DNA of 64,000 nucleotides from assembly GCA_039621445.1 (NCBI GenBank), contig CP154954.1:48277847-48341846 (forward strand). Direction: 5' to 3'. How positions within the stretch are numbered: position 1 is the first letter of the stretch; each line of letters begins with the position of its first letter. Source of the stretch: Euglena gracilis. Its lineage: Eukaryota. Both the position numbers and the translations under genes were made by a program. This document shows positions 13,980-33,430 of this stretch, piece by piece. The notes below the pieces were generated by a model. The model saw only the letters and a program-made list of their open reading frames with translations. It did not search any database and was not told where the DNA came from.

Positions 13980-16900
13980 GGACAGACACACAGACAGACA
14001 GACAGACAGACATATACAAACAGACATATATTCCCAAATCGGCCGAAAATGCCATTTTTGGGCACTTTTTGGCAAAAATTTATTAAAATGTATTGAAAAA
14101 AAATCAGCACGAAGCAAAGGGAGGGCTGCCCTGTACAGTGTCCTGCATCCACAGGAAGTGGACCACGCGGGTGCCATTGACCCGCGTCATGCGGTACTGC
14201 CCCACCTCCGTGAGGGTCCCGGGGGCCCCGCCCCTCGACCAGGCAGGCCGGAGGGAGCGGCATCCAGCCCCACCGCTTCCGTGATTTGGCTGCGGAGACT
14301 CCATCGGGACAAACCACATATTTCTGCCCCTGTTGGCATTGACTTGGGCGTGAGCACCAAAGTCGGTTTTCTTAAGGACCCGGGGGGGCCGGCTGGAAAA
14401 AAGTGCTGGATGGGAAACAGGTGCTGGCTGGACCCCCCCTAGGGGGGTCTGCCCGGCTGGGGGCTGGACCCGGCGGGTGCCCCAAAAAAAAGCCCAAAAA
14501 AGCCCAAAATCCAGCTGGGTGGACATTTTTCAGCCAAAACTTGGGGGCGAAGACCCCGAAGCCACCCAAAACGGCCACCTTTGGCAAATGTTGACCCCCT
14601 TTTTCAAAAATCGTTTCGATTTTTTTTTCCGGTCCAGCCCGGCTTCACCGGGATGGCCCGAACTTTATTTCAGCGGACCCTGGATGAGAGGTGCTGGCTG
14701 GAAAAAAAAGTGCTGGCTGGCTGGACCCCTGGGGGGTAGGGTCCAGGGGTTTTTTTAAGACCGGGGCGGGGGGGGGGGGGGTCCCCCCCCCACCCACCCA
14801 CCCCCCTGGGGGGGGGCCCCCCTGGGGGCGGAGGGGGTCCCGGGGGACCCACAAAAAATGGCCAAAAAATCGCGAAAAGTGCTAAAAATAGAATTTTTTC
14901 GGCGCCTGCGGCGCCGAAAAGTATATCCCACCCCCCCCCCCCCCCCGGGGGGGGGTCCGGCGGACCCACCCACCCTCCCCCCCCCACCCCCCCCCGGGGG
15001 TCCAAACTTAAAAAAATCCCTGGTAGGGTCCCCTCCGGCTCAAGGAAACCCCTGGTCGAGGTCAAGCGAGTTGGCAGTGTTTTGCTTTGGTCCCAGGGGA
15101 GCCATGCATGGCAGTTTGCAAAAATGATGAAATCGCTGAGGTCTTGTCAAGGGTTGGGACCTGCATCAGAAGAGAATTGCCCCCCACAATTTTGTTTTGA
15201 TTTCCATTTCTGGGGTATTTCTGACAATTTCCTTGGCTGACAAGTTGTCAACATGTTTTCTTTGCTCGCTCGTTGTGCCGCAGGACGCGCCAGCAGAATT
15301 TAAGAAGGCCGGGGTGGCGACCCCCCCCCCCGAGGGGCAGGGCCTGCAGGGACGTGCCGTCCGGGCGGTTCTCCGTCCACAGCCACGGCGCCACCCACAT
15401 CGCCCCGCGGTCCGGCAGGGCGAAATAGGCCTGTCCCTTGTCCGAGGGGCTGGCGTCCCACGACTCCAGCGTGGCTGGTGGCAGGGGCGGCCCGACTGCT
15501 CTGGAGGGAGGGTCTCCAGTGGGCTTCTGGGCTTCAGGGCTGATGTGTGCCAGGCACAGGAAAGCCGGGTGGGTGAAGGATGGTTGGGTGAAAGGGCGTT
15601 GACCCCCCCCCCCACCACCACCCGTAGGATCACGGAATTTCCATGCAGCTCTGCCTGAACCTCCCATCATGGGTCCCATGCCCAACATGCAAAACAAGAA
15701 ACCAAAACATTGATATGGCATCCGGAATGAGTGCGGTATGCGGTATGCGATGTGTGCCTGGCATTAAATCTGCTGAGTCCTTTGTGGAAGGTGAAAAAGG
15801 AGACGAAAATTCCTTGCCAGTCACCATGTTCTGGGTCGAAATCCTTCTTCTGATCTCTCAGACCTTTGACCCGGAGAATCACTCTGCGAACGAACACATG
15901 GGAAAATTATTTCCTGCTCCCAAGTCACTTTCATAACCATATACCCAACAAACGTTGCCCTCGCACATGGAAGAGTGCAAGGGTTGTCAGCCCACACTCG
16001 TCACCCGTGGGGCACCCCCTGGCCCCGAGGTTCCAGTGGGCGTCCACGTGGTCGCGGTACATGATGCTGGTGTTGGTGAAGTGCTCCCAGAACAGGTCCC
16101 GGCGGCCCTGCAGGTCCATGCGGCTTGCACAGAACTCCCACTGGTTGTTGTCAGGGCGGCCCGTCGCCATGAAAGCCTCCCAACGGACCCAATGGATGGG
16201 GTGGCCGGCTTTCGGCACATGGGGGCAGAAAGGGAAGGGGGCGTTTGACTGCAGCCAGCCGACCACAGCGCCCAGGACCCTCCAAGTATGCAACCATAAA
16301 CTGAATGATAACTGATGATTTTGATGAATTCAACTGAATGATGACTGATTGTCGAATTTTTTCACCTCTGCCATTATGCACAGGATTCACTACGCAAATA
16401 GTTCATGGTTTTGAATAACCATTCACATTTTCGACCCTCAATTCACAAAGCCACGAGCAAAACTGCGTCTTGCAACCTCTGTTTAAAATGTTCAGAAACA
16501 ACAAATTGCATTTCACCATGGAAGAACTTATGATGCGAAATCATTTCAAAAAAACAGGTTGACATAATTGGGATTTTCAGGGATTCTTGTGTCCCTATTG
16601 CTTGGAAAAAAAAGTTTTAATCGAGAGGTCAAAATACGGCAAAAAATGCAAGAATATTGAGAATCCCTTTTTTCTTAGGCCCCCCCAATGTAAATAACCA
16701 AACATGATTTTTTTTTGGATCATGCAACAAACTGAAAACTTGCATTCGTTTCTGGAATGGCACGGCACACAAGGTGGAAGAGCGGACATAAAGAGGGCTA
16801 TCCTGCCCACCTGCCACATACTCGTCTGGGTACATGGTGCAGATGCCGCCCACCCGCTTCACCACCAGGCTTCCTCACAAGTACCTCCTTTTGAGGTGAC

Positions 16901-19160
16901 GTTTCATCTGGAAAGCTCCAGTCGGTAAAAGAAACCAAATTCGTCACAACTCCCAGCCACCCCCCAAAATGACCCCAAAAATGCCCTGGAACCTTTGTGA
17001 CAGGAAAAAATGCAAACAAATTTAGCAACCCCCCGGAGTGGTTCCTGGACCCAAGGCCAGTCAGCAGTCCGCCCCCCCCCCCAACCAATACTCGTGGGGG
17101 CAAGAACCAAGGCGAAGCCTGCTCGCCACCCCCTCCATCCAAGGCAGCATCACCTGCTTTGACGGAGGCCTGGTCCGGGGGCATGCAAAGATTTAGCCAT
17201 TTCGTCTTCGGGATACATGGACTGGGCGAAGGGCATCGTTCTACCCAGATCGGCGGGTGCCGAAAAATTTCCCTCGAGGTTGGGTCGTTGCACATCTGCT
17301 GCCGGGGTATTCTTGTTTGATATTTTGTGGTGTACAACATATCTGAACCAACAACACCTGCGAACAAAAGGTTGCAGAACACCGACAACATTCGATGCAC
17401 AACAAAAATTTTGCTCCACATTTGCAGTTGGATTTGGGGGAGTTATGTCAGGATTCAGGATGAAAAAAAGAATTTGTGAGAACAAACCTGCATGCAAAAC
17501 ACCTGAAACCTCAGGGCAGGTCACTCAACATGCCAGCACTCTGTCCTGCACGGAAGGCTAAAGTCAGAAGGAGGACCGGCCCTGTCAGGCGGGGCTCCAG
17601 GAGGTATCCCACCAGTGGGCCCTCTTGGTGCCGCAGCCAACTGTCCCCGCCAGTGGGGGCTCCCAGGAATTCAAGGTGTTTCCCATGATGGACGGTCACA
17701 CCCTGAAGCCAGAACCAAGCACCTATAATCAAGCCCAAAAATTTCCCCATTTTAGGCCATTTTAGGCCATTTCAGGCCATTTAAGGCCATTTTAGGCCAT
17801 TTTAAGGTATAGGTGGGGGTTCTGAAAATCATAATTTTGCGTCATTTTTTTGAAAACTGAATCATAACGTGTGCAAACATTCTTTTTATTCAGTGAAAAG
17901 AAATATACATCCAAAAAAGCATGCAAAATTCATGAACACTGGATCAAAACCATAGGAAGCTCAACAAACCTTAATTTATTACCCATAGAGGATTTCTGAA
18001 CAATAAGAATTTACAGCAATGAAAAATTTTCAGGAAAAAATGTCGGACAAATATTAAAAGTTTTTACTAAATAAAAAAGTGTCCGGTTTTTGTACTTTTG
18101 TGAAATCCACACCATTTTGCAGGAATTCGCAAAAAAAGTCGTTTTTTTGAAAAATGATGCTGTTGCCTGGTGAAATTCAATTTGATTTTGGCATTGTTTT
18201 AGCATTGTTTTAAGAATCCAAGAAATGGAGATATCTTAAAAATAAAGTTTACTGCTGATAATTTGGATACACATATCTTGACTGAGAAAACGCTTGCAAG
18301 CAATGCTTTGATAGCAAATGACCTTGTGAAGGTTTTTTTTTGTTTTGTGAGCAGGCTGCTTTTTTACCAACCCCAGGGGGGGGAGGGGGCCCGGAGTGCC
18401 TTGGGGTGCCTGCCCAGGCAGGCACGACCCCCCCTCCCCGGGGGGGGGGTCGGATTTTGGCTTGCACCCAGGCCATTTTTGGTTCCCCAGCGCCTTCGAC
18501 GCTGGGGACTGTGCTAGGGCACTTTTGGCCGTGTGCCCTACCCCCTCCGGGGGGGGGGGTCGGATCGGATATATCTGGAAACTTTTTAATGTCTATACTC
18601 CTTCCTCATTTCTTTGATGATAAAGGTGATGATTTTTGATATGGTTATGGATAAATTCGCCATATAAAATGATGTCTTCAGGTCATCTGTAATGACTCAG
18701 GAAGATTTGAAATCTTTCTACATAAGGAACAATAAATCTGTTAGCGATGAAGAAGAAAAAAAACATTTCAGGAGGACATATAAAAATTTTATTCTACTTC
18801 CCTCATTTTTTTGACTTTGTAAACATATACATGAAAAAAGACACCGAAACACACAACAACAAAAGACACTGAAAATCATCACCTGAATGTCTTCAGATGC
18901 TCACAAAAAATTGTTGCGCAACAAATTTTTTTCCATTCTAGGTGCCTGGCCAGAACCCCCCCCCCCCCCCGCAAGTGGCACCACGTCCGGAAGGGAAACC
19001 CACCTCCAAGGCAGCCCAAACCATGAGAGGGGCGCCCCCCTGAGCCATGAAGTTGACCCAGTAGTCCGCCTCGTCCAACGCGGCCTGGATGTTGGCGTAC
19101 AGCACGTGGAAGTGCTGGGCCGACACCTCCGCCAGCAGGTCGTACCCCAGCCCCTGCGTC
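4345..19160 (-). CDS. Receptor-type class III adenylyl cyclase, multi-exon (large ectodomain with Cache-like segment, TM helix, HAMP-like linker, cyclase domain); 5' and 3' ends not resolved
   Basis: Spliced exons give TVFFLDIENFT...VIDKYIG|DCVMAFWN...AGIFGSRHRMNYTVVGDVVNVA|SRLEGLNK...HLKGK|TLGMVAYELLG. Both metal-binding Asp, the substrate Lys/Thr and the transition-state Asn/Arg are present. Upstream exons encode a TM helix (7672-7800), a HAMP-like segment (6901-7028) and AYLVDGQGKLIAAT (11365-11410). Assignment of the exons above ~14 kb to this gene rests on strand and codon style only. Confidence 0.88.
4404..4791 (-). other. Non-conventional intron
   Basis: GGC-CAG-GCC...GGC-CTG-TCGGC|A; removal gives KGKTLGMVAYELLG. 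Confidence 0.88.
4792..4914 (-). CDS. Adenylyl cyclase exon: SRLEGLNKERHTRILLG...HLKGK
   Basis: Joins the upstream exon as GTG GC|A AGC CGC (VNVASRLE) and the downstream exon as AA|A ACG (KGKTLGMVAYELLG). Confidence 0.9.
4915..5152 (-). other. Non-conventional (euglenid-type) intron
   Basis: GGC-CAG-GCCCGG...TTGGAC-CTG-AGCCC|A; removal gives the conserved VNVASRLE. Confidence 0.9.
5153..5260 (-). CDS. Adenylyl cyclase exon: GRMGLEAGQVRAGIFGSRHRMNYTVVGDVVNVA (5' boundary approximate)
   Basis: Cyclase signature region. Confidence 0.9.
5958..6056 (-). CDS. Adenylyl cyclase exon: DCVMAFWNTPSLVPDHEFRACSAALACAEWMLH
   Basis: Completes the DKYIGD motif; followed by an intron starting GGG-CAG. Confidence 0.9.
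6057..6155 (-). other. Non-conventional intron, 99 nt, in frame and stop-free
   Basis: Splits DKYIG|DCVMA; starts CCC-CAA-GG and ends CC-CTG-CCATG; no GT-AG solution. Confidence 0.85.
6156..6327 (-). CDS. Adenylyl cyclase exon: LSMVPTRATVFFLDIENFT...GVIDKYIG
   Basis: First half of the class III cyclase domain; phase-consistent junctions on both sides. Confidence 0.92.
6328..6466 (-). other. Non-conventional intron
   Basis: GCC-CAGGTGTCTC...GAGACCCCTG-GCCGC|G; 9 of 10 terminal bases pair. Confidence 0.85.
6467..6526 (-). CDS. Adenylyl cyclase linker exon: ARFLPVEVLQPCLKHGTPIA
   Basis: Phase-consistent with the exon ending at 6901 (MLDTV|ARF) and the exon starting at 6327 (IA|LSM). Confidence 0.8.
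7672..7800 (-). CDS. Adenylyl cyclase transmembrane exon: VDGPIRWSVSLLVIISVSSLAGVAAAAVLFASRTIAAPLRQIA
   Basis: Hydrophobic helix followed by a HAMP-type P-L-x-x-I start; joined upstream to YRLVLATPYSA (8464-8500). Confidence 0.82.
7801..8463 (-). other. Non-conventional intron
   Basis: ACT-CAGGGATGGC...GCCGCCCTG-CCGCC|G; joins TPYSA|VDGPI. Confidence 0.75.
9145..10061. mobile_element. MITE (hAT-like) with internal or nested repeats
   Basis: TIR TAGGGTTGGATGGGAAGCC / GGCTTCCCATCCAACCCTG; TSD GGGGTGTG; a second copy starts at 63910. Confidence 0.88.
10082..10440. mobile_element. MITE (hAT-like)
   Basis: TIR CAGACAATTGCTTA / TAAGCAATTGTATG; TSD GGTGCCAC. Confidence 0.88.
11360..11883 (-). CDS. 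Adenylyl cyclase ectodomain exon(s) interrupted by MITE 11548-11810
   Basis: After removing the MITE plus one TSD the frame reads RQCVSPWKPSPQSPNNTPPPRTGAPIWGQNASLACELRRQQDSPGGDWVALLRLTLQKFSGGAADASTAYLVDGQGKLIAATC with no stop. Confidence 0.65.
11548..11810. mobile_element. MITE family A, inverted relative to the 3614 copy, inserted in a cyclase exon
   Basis: TIR CAGGCTTCTTTTTAAG; perfect TSD CCCCTGTG. Confidence 0.93.
13405..14025. repeat. Compound (TACA)n/(GACA)n microsatellite
   Basis: Direct inspection. Confidence 0.98.
14125..19160 (-). CDS. Probable further ectodomain exons of the cyclase gene (~14130-14215, 15365-15480, 16040-16180, 16805-16865, 17590-17640, 19040-19160)
   Basis: Short GC3-rich open segments, e.g. 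TLTEVGQYRMTRVNGTRVVHFLWMQD, NNQWEFCASRMDLQGRRDLFWEHFTNTSIMYRDHVD, GYDLLAEVSAQHFHVLYANIQAALDEADYWVNFM. Confidence 0.55.
14744..15022. mobile_element. MITE nested in an older element (~14364-15054)
   Basis: CAGGGGTTTTTTTAAG...CTTAAAAAAATCCCTG; TSD GTAGGGTC. Confidence 0.9.
17751..17806. repeat. 10-bp tandem repeat (TTTAGGCCAT) x~5
   Basis: Direct inspection. Confidence 0.9.
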
Positions 19161-19785
19161 CGGAAGGCACTGACCGTTGGGGGGCGAGGGCCGCGCCGGA
19201 AGCGACCCTTGGTGCAACTGATGATTCGAAATTCCATTGTTTCGCACTTTTTTGCCTTTTTTGTGTACTTCCAACTTTGAGGTGCCTCGCTGCCCTTCCC
19301 CTATTCTGGTGTTGGCCTCTGGGTTGGCCAAAAGCCAAGCGGTCAGCGCTTTGGGCAGGCAACTCCCTCACCTTTGCTTGTGGCCCATGAATACGAACAT
19401 GCGGGAAAACAAAAGTGGTTTCAGCTGCATTTCAGGAACGCTGTGCCATTCTTTGGATGCCTGGGATCGCCTGTGCGCTGGACCAGATCCGATTCAGAAA
19501 TCGGGGGGGGGGGGCGACAAGCACACTGATCCAAAAACCCACACCCCAAGGAATCTAAATCTGATAAGGCAGTGAGCACAACTTTGATTTTGCTGTTTCG
19601 CGCCGTGATTCGTGTTTTTCTGTTGCAATTCTGGTCATGTTTATGATTGGGGTGAGAGAGCAGAATAAGGTGAGTGTTACAATTCATTTAAAAAAATTCA
19701 GGCCGAAATCAGGCAAAAATTAGCCCTTAAATTTTTGCCTAAACACAGGCCGAAATTTATTGAGATTATGTCAAACCCCCAACAA

Positions 19786-19870
19786 AACCCTAACCCTAAC
19801 CCTAAGTCCTAAATCCTAAATGAAACCCAAACCCTAATCCTAACCCCAACCCTGGTCCTGACTCTAACCT
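19786..19870. repeat. Degenerate interstitial (CCCTAA)n telomere-like tract
   Basis: Three perfect CCCTAA units followed by variant hexamers. Confidence 0.75.
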
Positions 19871-22819
19871 GCGCTGTTCCGGAAAAAAAAAGTTCCTGTG
19901 GAGGCGCATTCTCCCAAGGATAAAATGCGGGAGACCCAGTAGCGGAATGTGTTGGACCGAAAGCTCCAGTGCGTTATGCCACTGCCGCCCATGGGGGGAA
20001 CCCCTCTCCTGGAGTTCCAGCCCGCCGGCCGGAAAAAGGAGTTTGGCTCGGAAAACGGTGCTGACTGCCCCCCCCTCCAGCCCCAAAAACCCGAAAAAAA
20101 CGACACCATTTTTGGGCCATTTTTGAACATTTTCTTCAAAAAATTTCGGTCCAGCCCAGCTTTTGCGGGAAAGAGAAACGTCATTTCCAGGGAATTTTTT
20201 GAGCCGGGGGGGATCTTCACCCCATGGGAGGTCCGAAGCCTGGTCGGGGGCTGCTGTCCGGGGAAAAAAACCACAATGACGCCAGGAGGCCCCCGAGCAT
20301 CACAGGGATGGAGCTGCAGACACTGATGGAGACAGCAAGCACACAGGTCAGCAACATAGATTCACTTGATGACCCCCAGTGGGATTTCCCCACCCTTTTC
20401 GAAACCCACACACGCACGACCCCCCCCCCGGAGGGTCCACCAACCCACCCACTTACCTAAAAAAACAATTAAAAATGAAAAAGATGAACTTTTTTCCTCG
20501 ACTCGTCCAGACTCGTCCAGCCTGGACTTACCCATGGCCACCCCAACCCTTGGGAGGGGGGGGGTCAGTGGCCCCACAAAAACCCACCTCTTCAGGTCAG
20601 GGGGGGGAGTCCACAGGTGTTAAGCGAATCTATGGTCAGCAACAGCACCGGCATCGCTGGCAAGGCCTGGGGGCTTCACTTTACGTGGGATGCTATTGCA
20701 AAACTTATTCTGGCTTTTGGTGGATTCCTTGGCGGCCATGATGCTCTCTTGGGGTTTCTCAATACTGCGCGTGATTTCTGACACATTTTGTCCTCTGTAT
20801 CATCGCTCTCACGGGGAATCAAGTGGGAGTGGGAAGGGATAGGAGGGTGACGTTGGAAATGGGGGTTGACTTGTAGATACAGGAGCTTCGGGGCATTGCC
20901 ACACAATCATGTAATGCATGCATTGGCGTAAAGTCTTTCAGAGGTGAAATATTAAAACTTACTGGGGAAAACAGTGCAAAATTCAGCGATTCTCGCTTGG
21001 AATCTGACCCCAACTGCAGACCTGGACATGAACTTTGTCGGCGTTTTGGGGGCGGTGCTGACGGAGGCTAGGGGTGCTGCGTTGTGAGGCTGGGCCTTCG
21101 CCACCTCCACAGAGAATGAGACTTTGTCAGAGCCAAGCATCGGGCTGTCTGTGGCTGACATGAGGAGGACTGTGAGGAATTGAGTAATATTTTGGCAATG
21201 CTGTTGCTTTTGTTCCCGTTTGGAATTCATGCAACAAACTAGCACATTGAGGCGTACCTTCTGCATATTTTACACCCTCCCCAATGTGCATTCCCAAAAT
21301 TTTAATGCATTTTGGGGGTCATGTTCACGCGTATTTCAACCCCTTTCTGTTTATCCATTCGTTGTCAACCATTTCAGGGATTGTATTGATGTGTTCTGCT
21401 GTCTGTTTGAACAGTGGCCGTCTGATGTCTGTTGCTGTTGTAAACGTCACAACGTCCAATTCACTTTGACTTCATCCATCAATCCATCAATCTAAAAAAA
21501 AGCAATACTTTTCAAGCACATTCAAAAAATCGCCCCCATTCAAGGTCTCCTTAATTTCGAAGGTTTCGTTGCAACTTGCAAATGGGAACTGCAATGGGGG
21601 GGGCTTGCGAATGGGAACCTTGGGAGTGGGAACTGCACTGGGGGGGATTGTGGGAAACCTTGAAGAGGAGCTGGGTTCCTGCACACGTCCAAGCACCTCC
21701 AGGCACTTGGCATTTTAATAACATCGTTGGGATTTGTCGGGTTTTGAATGTCGGAGTCCTGGCACATGATTATGGCAGTATTTGATCTGAGGCAAATGAC
21801 GTCTTTTGGCGACGTTTGCCACTTTTCCCCACTTTTGCCAACTTTTGCATACTATGCCCACACCATTTCTTTAATTCAATGCAATCCAGTTGTAGTAATA
21901 TCAACGAGCTGGTTGCCAAATGCCAAGCTTCTTTTGATCTCTAATGAATTCGGTGTGAAAGAGCAGAAAAAATGACAGCGTTTAACTTTTTTTGACTCAA
22001 AAATTTAGGTGATTGTATTGGTGTTGGGCCATGAGACTTTCTGCTCACTGACAACAAGCTTCTTTGAACCCAACAACAAAGAAAGCTGTTTAGGGGGCTC
22101 TCATTTTCGAACAACCTCTGGAGACACAAAGAAAACCTCTTTTTTTTATTATAAAAAAATCACCACAATCAATCATCATAATATTCCTTTTGGGCAAGTT
22201 TGTCCATCTTTTTGTCAACAATCTATTCTTCCAAAAAATTGCAGTGTTGTCGGAATTTGTCGGGATTTGTCAGGATTTGTTGGAACTAATATTTCCAGAG
22301 GTCCAAAAAAAGTGTTGTCTGGATTTGGCAGGATTTGTCAGGATTCGTCGGAATTTGTAGGGAGTTGTCGGGATTTTTCGCTGGAGGTGCTTGCACACAT
22401 CATGCCTCAGATGTGTAAAACCGAAATTTAGGGTTTGCGTGCTATCTTGATACCGAAGTAAGGCATAAACTGAACCAACAAAATCAACTGAAAAATCAAT
22501 TTTAAATGAATAAAAATTAGTAGTGAATTCCAGGTCCATCTTTGGACCTTGGGGCTAGGGAGTAAGCAACACTCGCTTCCACCTTGGACACAAATGTGAA
22601 ACCAATCCCAGCGCAGGCAAGCCAGCGACATGCAGGTTGGTGGACGGCCTATTGAACAGTGTCCCGGGTTGGGGGCGTCGACGGGGAGGGACGGGGTTTA
22701 TGTACAGGTGTACAAGGGTGGGGAGGTGGAGTGGGTAAATGTTGATCTGACGCAGGGGGCGAAGGAGGCACGACACGACAAGACGGGCGCGAGCGGACGG
22801 GGTAGGGGGCAGGGACGGG

Positions 22820-31090
<8,271 letters not shown>

Positions 31091-33204
31091 TCGTCGGGGG
31101 GGGGGGGGTGAGACCGGTTGCCTGGTGATCTGCTGAGCGCCGGTTGGTGAACGTTGAATAATAAAGATTTGAGGGCGTGATTTCAAAATAAAAAAAATCG
31201 AAAAGGCACGTCCCGACTGCCCAAGTCGGGTGGGGTTTCCTTGAATGCCTGCTGAGTAGGCGATATTTCTTTCGACCATATTTTGACCTTAAACACCCCT
31301 TTAAAAAATGTCCTTCGTTTTGTCCAAAATGACTTAAAGCGCATTAAAATGCCTTAAAAACCCTGCAAAACTAAAAATGCCTTACAAAAACCTCTAAAAA
31401 AGAACATTCTGGAAGAATGTTCTCCGGATGAATGAAGATGAAGTGACAAAATTCCAGCAAAACAACAACAAGCCAACCCCAGAAAGAAAAATGATTTTTG
31501 GCATCTCTTGAACATTGTCCATCAACCCACACTTGAAAAGAATGAGCGTTTGCCCTTTTGTATGTTTTCGATAACCACCCCGCCCTGGGGCCGCCCTTGG
31601 GAATATACCTTCAAACCCCTTAAAAAACCCCTTCGGACGTTTTTTTTTTGAAATCTTTCCGGCTTTAAGGATGATCTCTGCTGCCGAGACAGGAACTCGG
31701 TCCCCCCAGGGCGCCCGGCAATACAACCGTCAGTTGTGGCATCCGCCTCAGGAAAGTCCAGGGGCGGGGTGGCTGGCAGCCAAGGGAAGGGGACTGAGAA
31801 GGGGACTGGGGGGGTCCGGTTCCCGGAGTTCCGTGGCAGGCAGGGGAAAGGCGGGCACGGGGGGAGGGATGAGGGAGGGGGAGCGCTGCGTGGCCGGGGG
31901 CGGCGCCGGGGCGGGTGCCGGCAGCGACCAGCTGGGCTGCCGGTGGGGGGGGGCACACGGCAGAGACCAGTCCCTCTCCTTGGCCAGAGGGCCGCTGCCT
32001 GCGGCGGGGGCGTCCTCCGGGGCCGGGTCCCCCGTCAGGTCCTCCACCCGGAGGTCCGAAGCCTCACTTGGGGCCTCGACCGGCACCCTCCGCTCCGCCA
32101 CGCTGTCCTGCGTGCCGGGCGCTGATACCCATGGGCTACCGCCAGCAGGGTCGGTCTGGAGGCGGTGGACACAGCCAGATGCAAAAATTGTAAAAAGTGC
32201 ATTTTTTTGTTGGCTGCTCTAAACCTTTGCACAATCCACAGACATATGCCATTTACAGGAGTTATTCACATTTTAAGTATGCGGAATGCATGATATGATG
32301 TTCGGGTTCGATTCTTCTGACCGAATATAACCAACAAAACAAAGCCACAAAGGGCGTTGAAAATACATAACACTACGCTAGACAGATTTTATGTGCCATG
32401 CCATAATGCATTTGCCAAATTATCTTTTGCATTCTCTCAGAAGAAAATCATCGCATCATCCCCTTGTCGTTATTATTTGCTTCATAATTCTTTGAAATCC
32501 CGAAAACCCCCAACAAATTAACAGGCATATCGGAGATAATTCGTCGGTTATGCTTCTACAAAGCGACTGCCCAGGCGGTTCTTGTGGGGCAGCCACGGCT
32601 TGGGGGGTGTCATTTGAGGGGCCGGGTGGGGGGTTGAGGGCCGACTCCAGCTCAGAGACATACACCGGCGGTGCGCCGAGAGAGGCGGCGCCTTGCTATG
32701 AAGAGACTGCCAGGGAAGGCCTCCAGATAGATCCGAAGAATTCAAAATTCAAAATGAATCAATGCGTTGCCTTACTGGAGATTGAGTATTGCAGACCAGA
32801 ACTGATCTTCCCATTGCAACTCCCTTGCACACTCAAAAATTCCTGCCTCACCACTCACACCCCTTCCCACCGGGAGGGAAAGGCAGCGCCTGCCGGCGGT
32901 GCGCACTATGGGGCGGCGGCCGTGGTCCTTCTCGGGGAAGACAGCCAGCCCCGACAGCCCCCGGTGTGGGCCACGGGGCCTCTGTTGCGACGGGAGCTGC
33001 ATTTTGTGCCTTGACTGATTGGCTGCCATGGGAAATACAAGCACCGGTGCAGGGGGTCGGACCTGGCGAAACCCAGCTTGTCAGCATAATGCAGGTGCGT
33101 GATGGACGTTCTGGGTGGAAACTTGCTTCTGACTTCTGTGCTGGGGAACACAGGACGAGTCTGGGGGGGACCTGCATACTACCCCCCCCCCCGGGAAACT
33201 GTCA

Positions 33205-33430
33205 CCTGACAGGTTGGCCAGTACCAGGGACCCTGACAGTTTCCCGGGCAGGACCCTGACAGTTTCCCAGGTGGGGCATTTCAAGGGAAAGTCAATGAAA
33301 AATGACCCTGACAGGTTGGCCGGTACCGGGGACCCTGACAACTTCCTATACTGACAGGTTGGCCGGTACCGGGGACCCTGACAGTTTCCCGGGCAGGACC
33401 CTGGCAGGTTCTCGGGCATGACAGTTTCCC
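33205..33430. repeat. Tandem degenerate ~50-bp units (CTGACAGGTTGGCCGGTACCGGGGACCCTGACAGTTTCCC)
   Basis: Three near-identical units visible. Confidence 0.85.

Noticed and set aside
13197-14442. Long ORFs (300+ aa) with HTYI/CMYV repeats; similar ones at 1535-2510, 27595-28252, 42058-42695 and 59127-60146
   Set aside because: Translations of (TACA)n and (CA)n microsatellites, not genes.
33205-33430. Repeat-spacer-like array (also 9642-10010) considered as CRISPR
   Set aside because: Few irregular units, no unique spacers, no cas genes, eukaryotic context.
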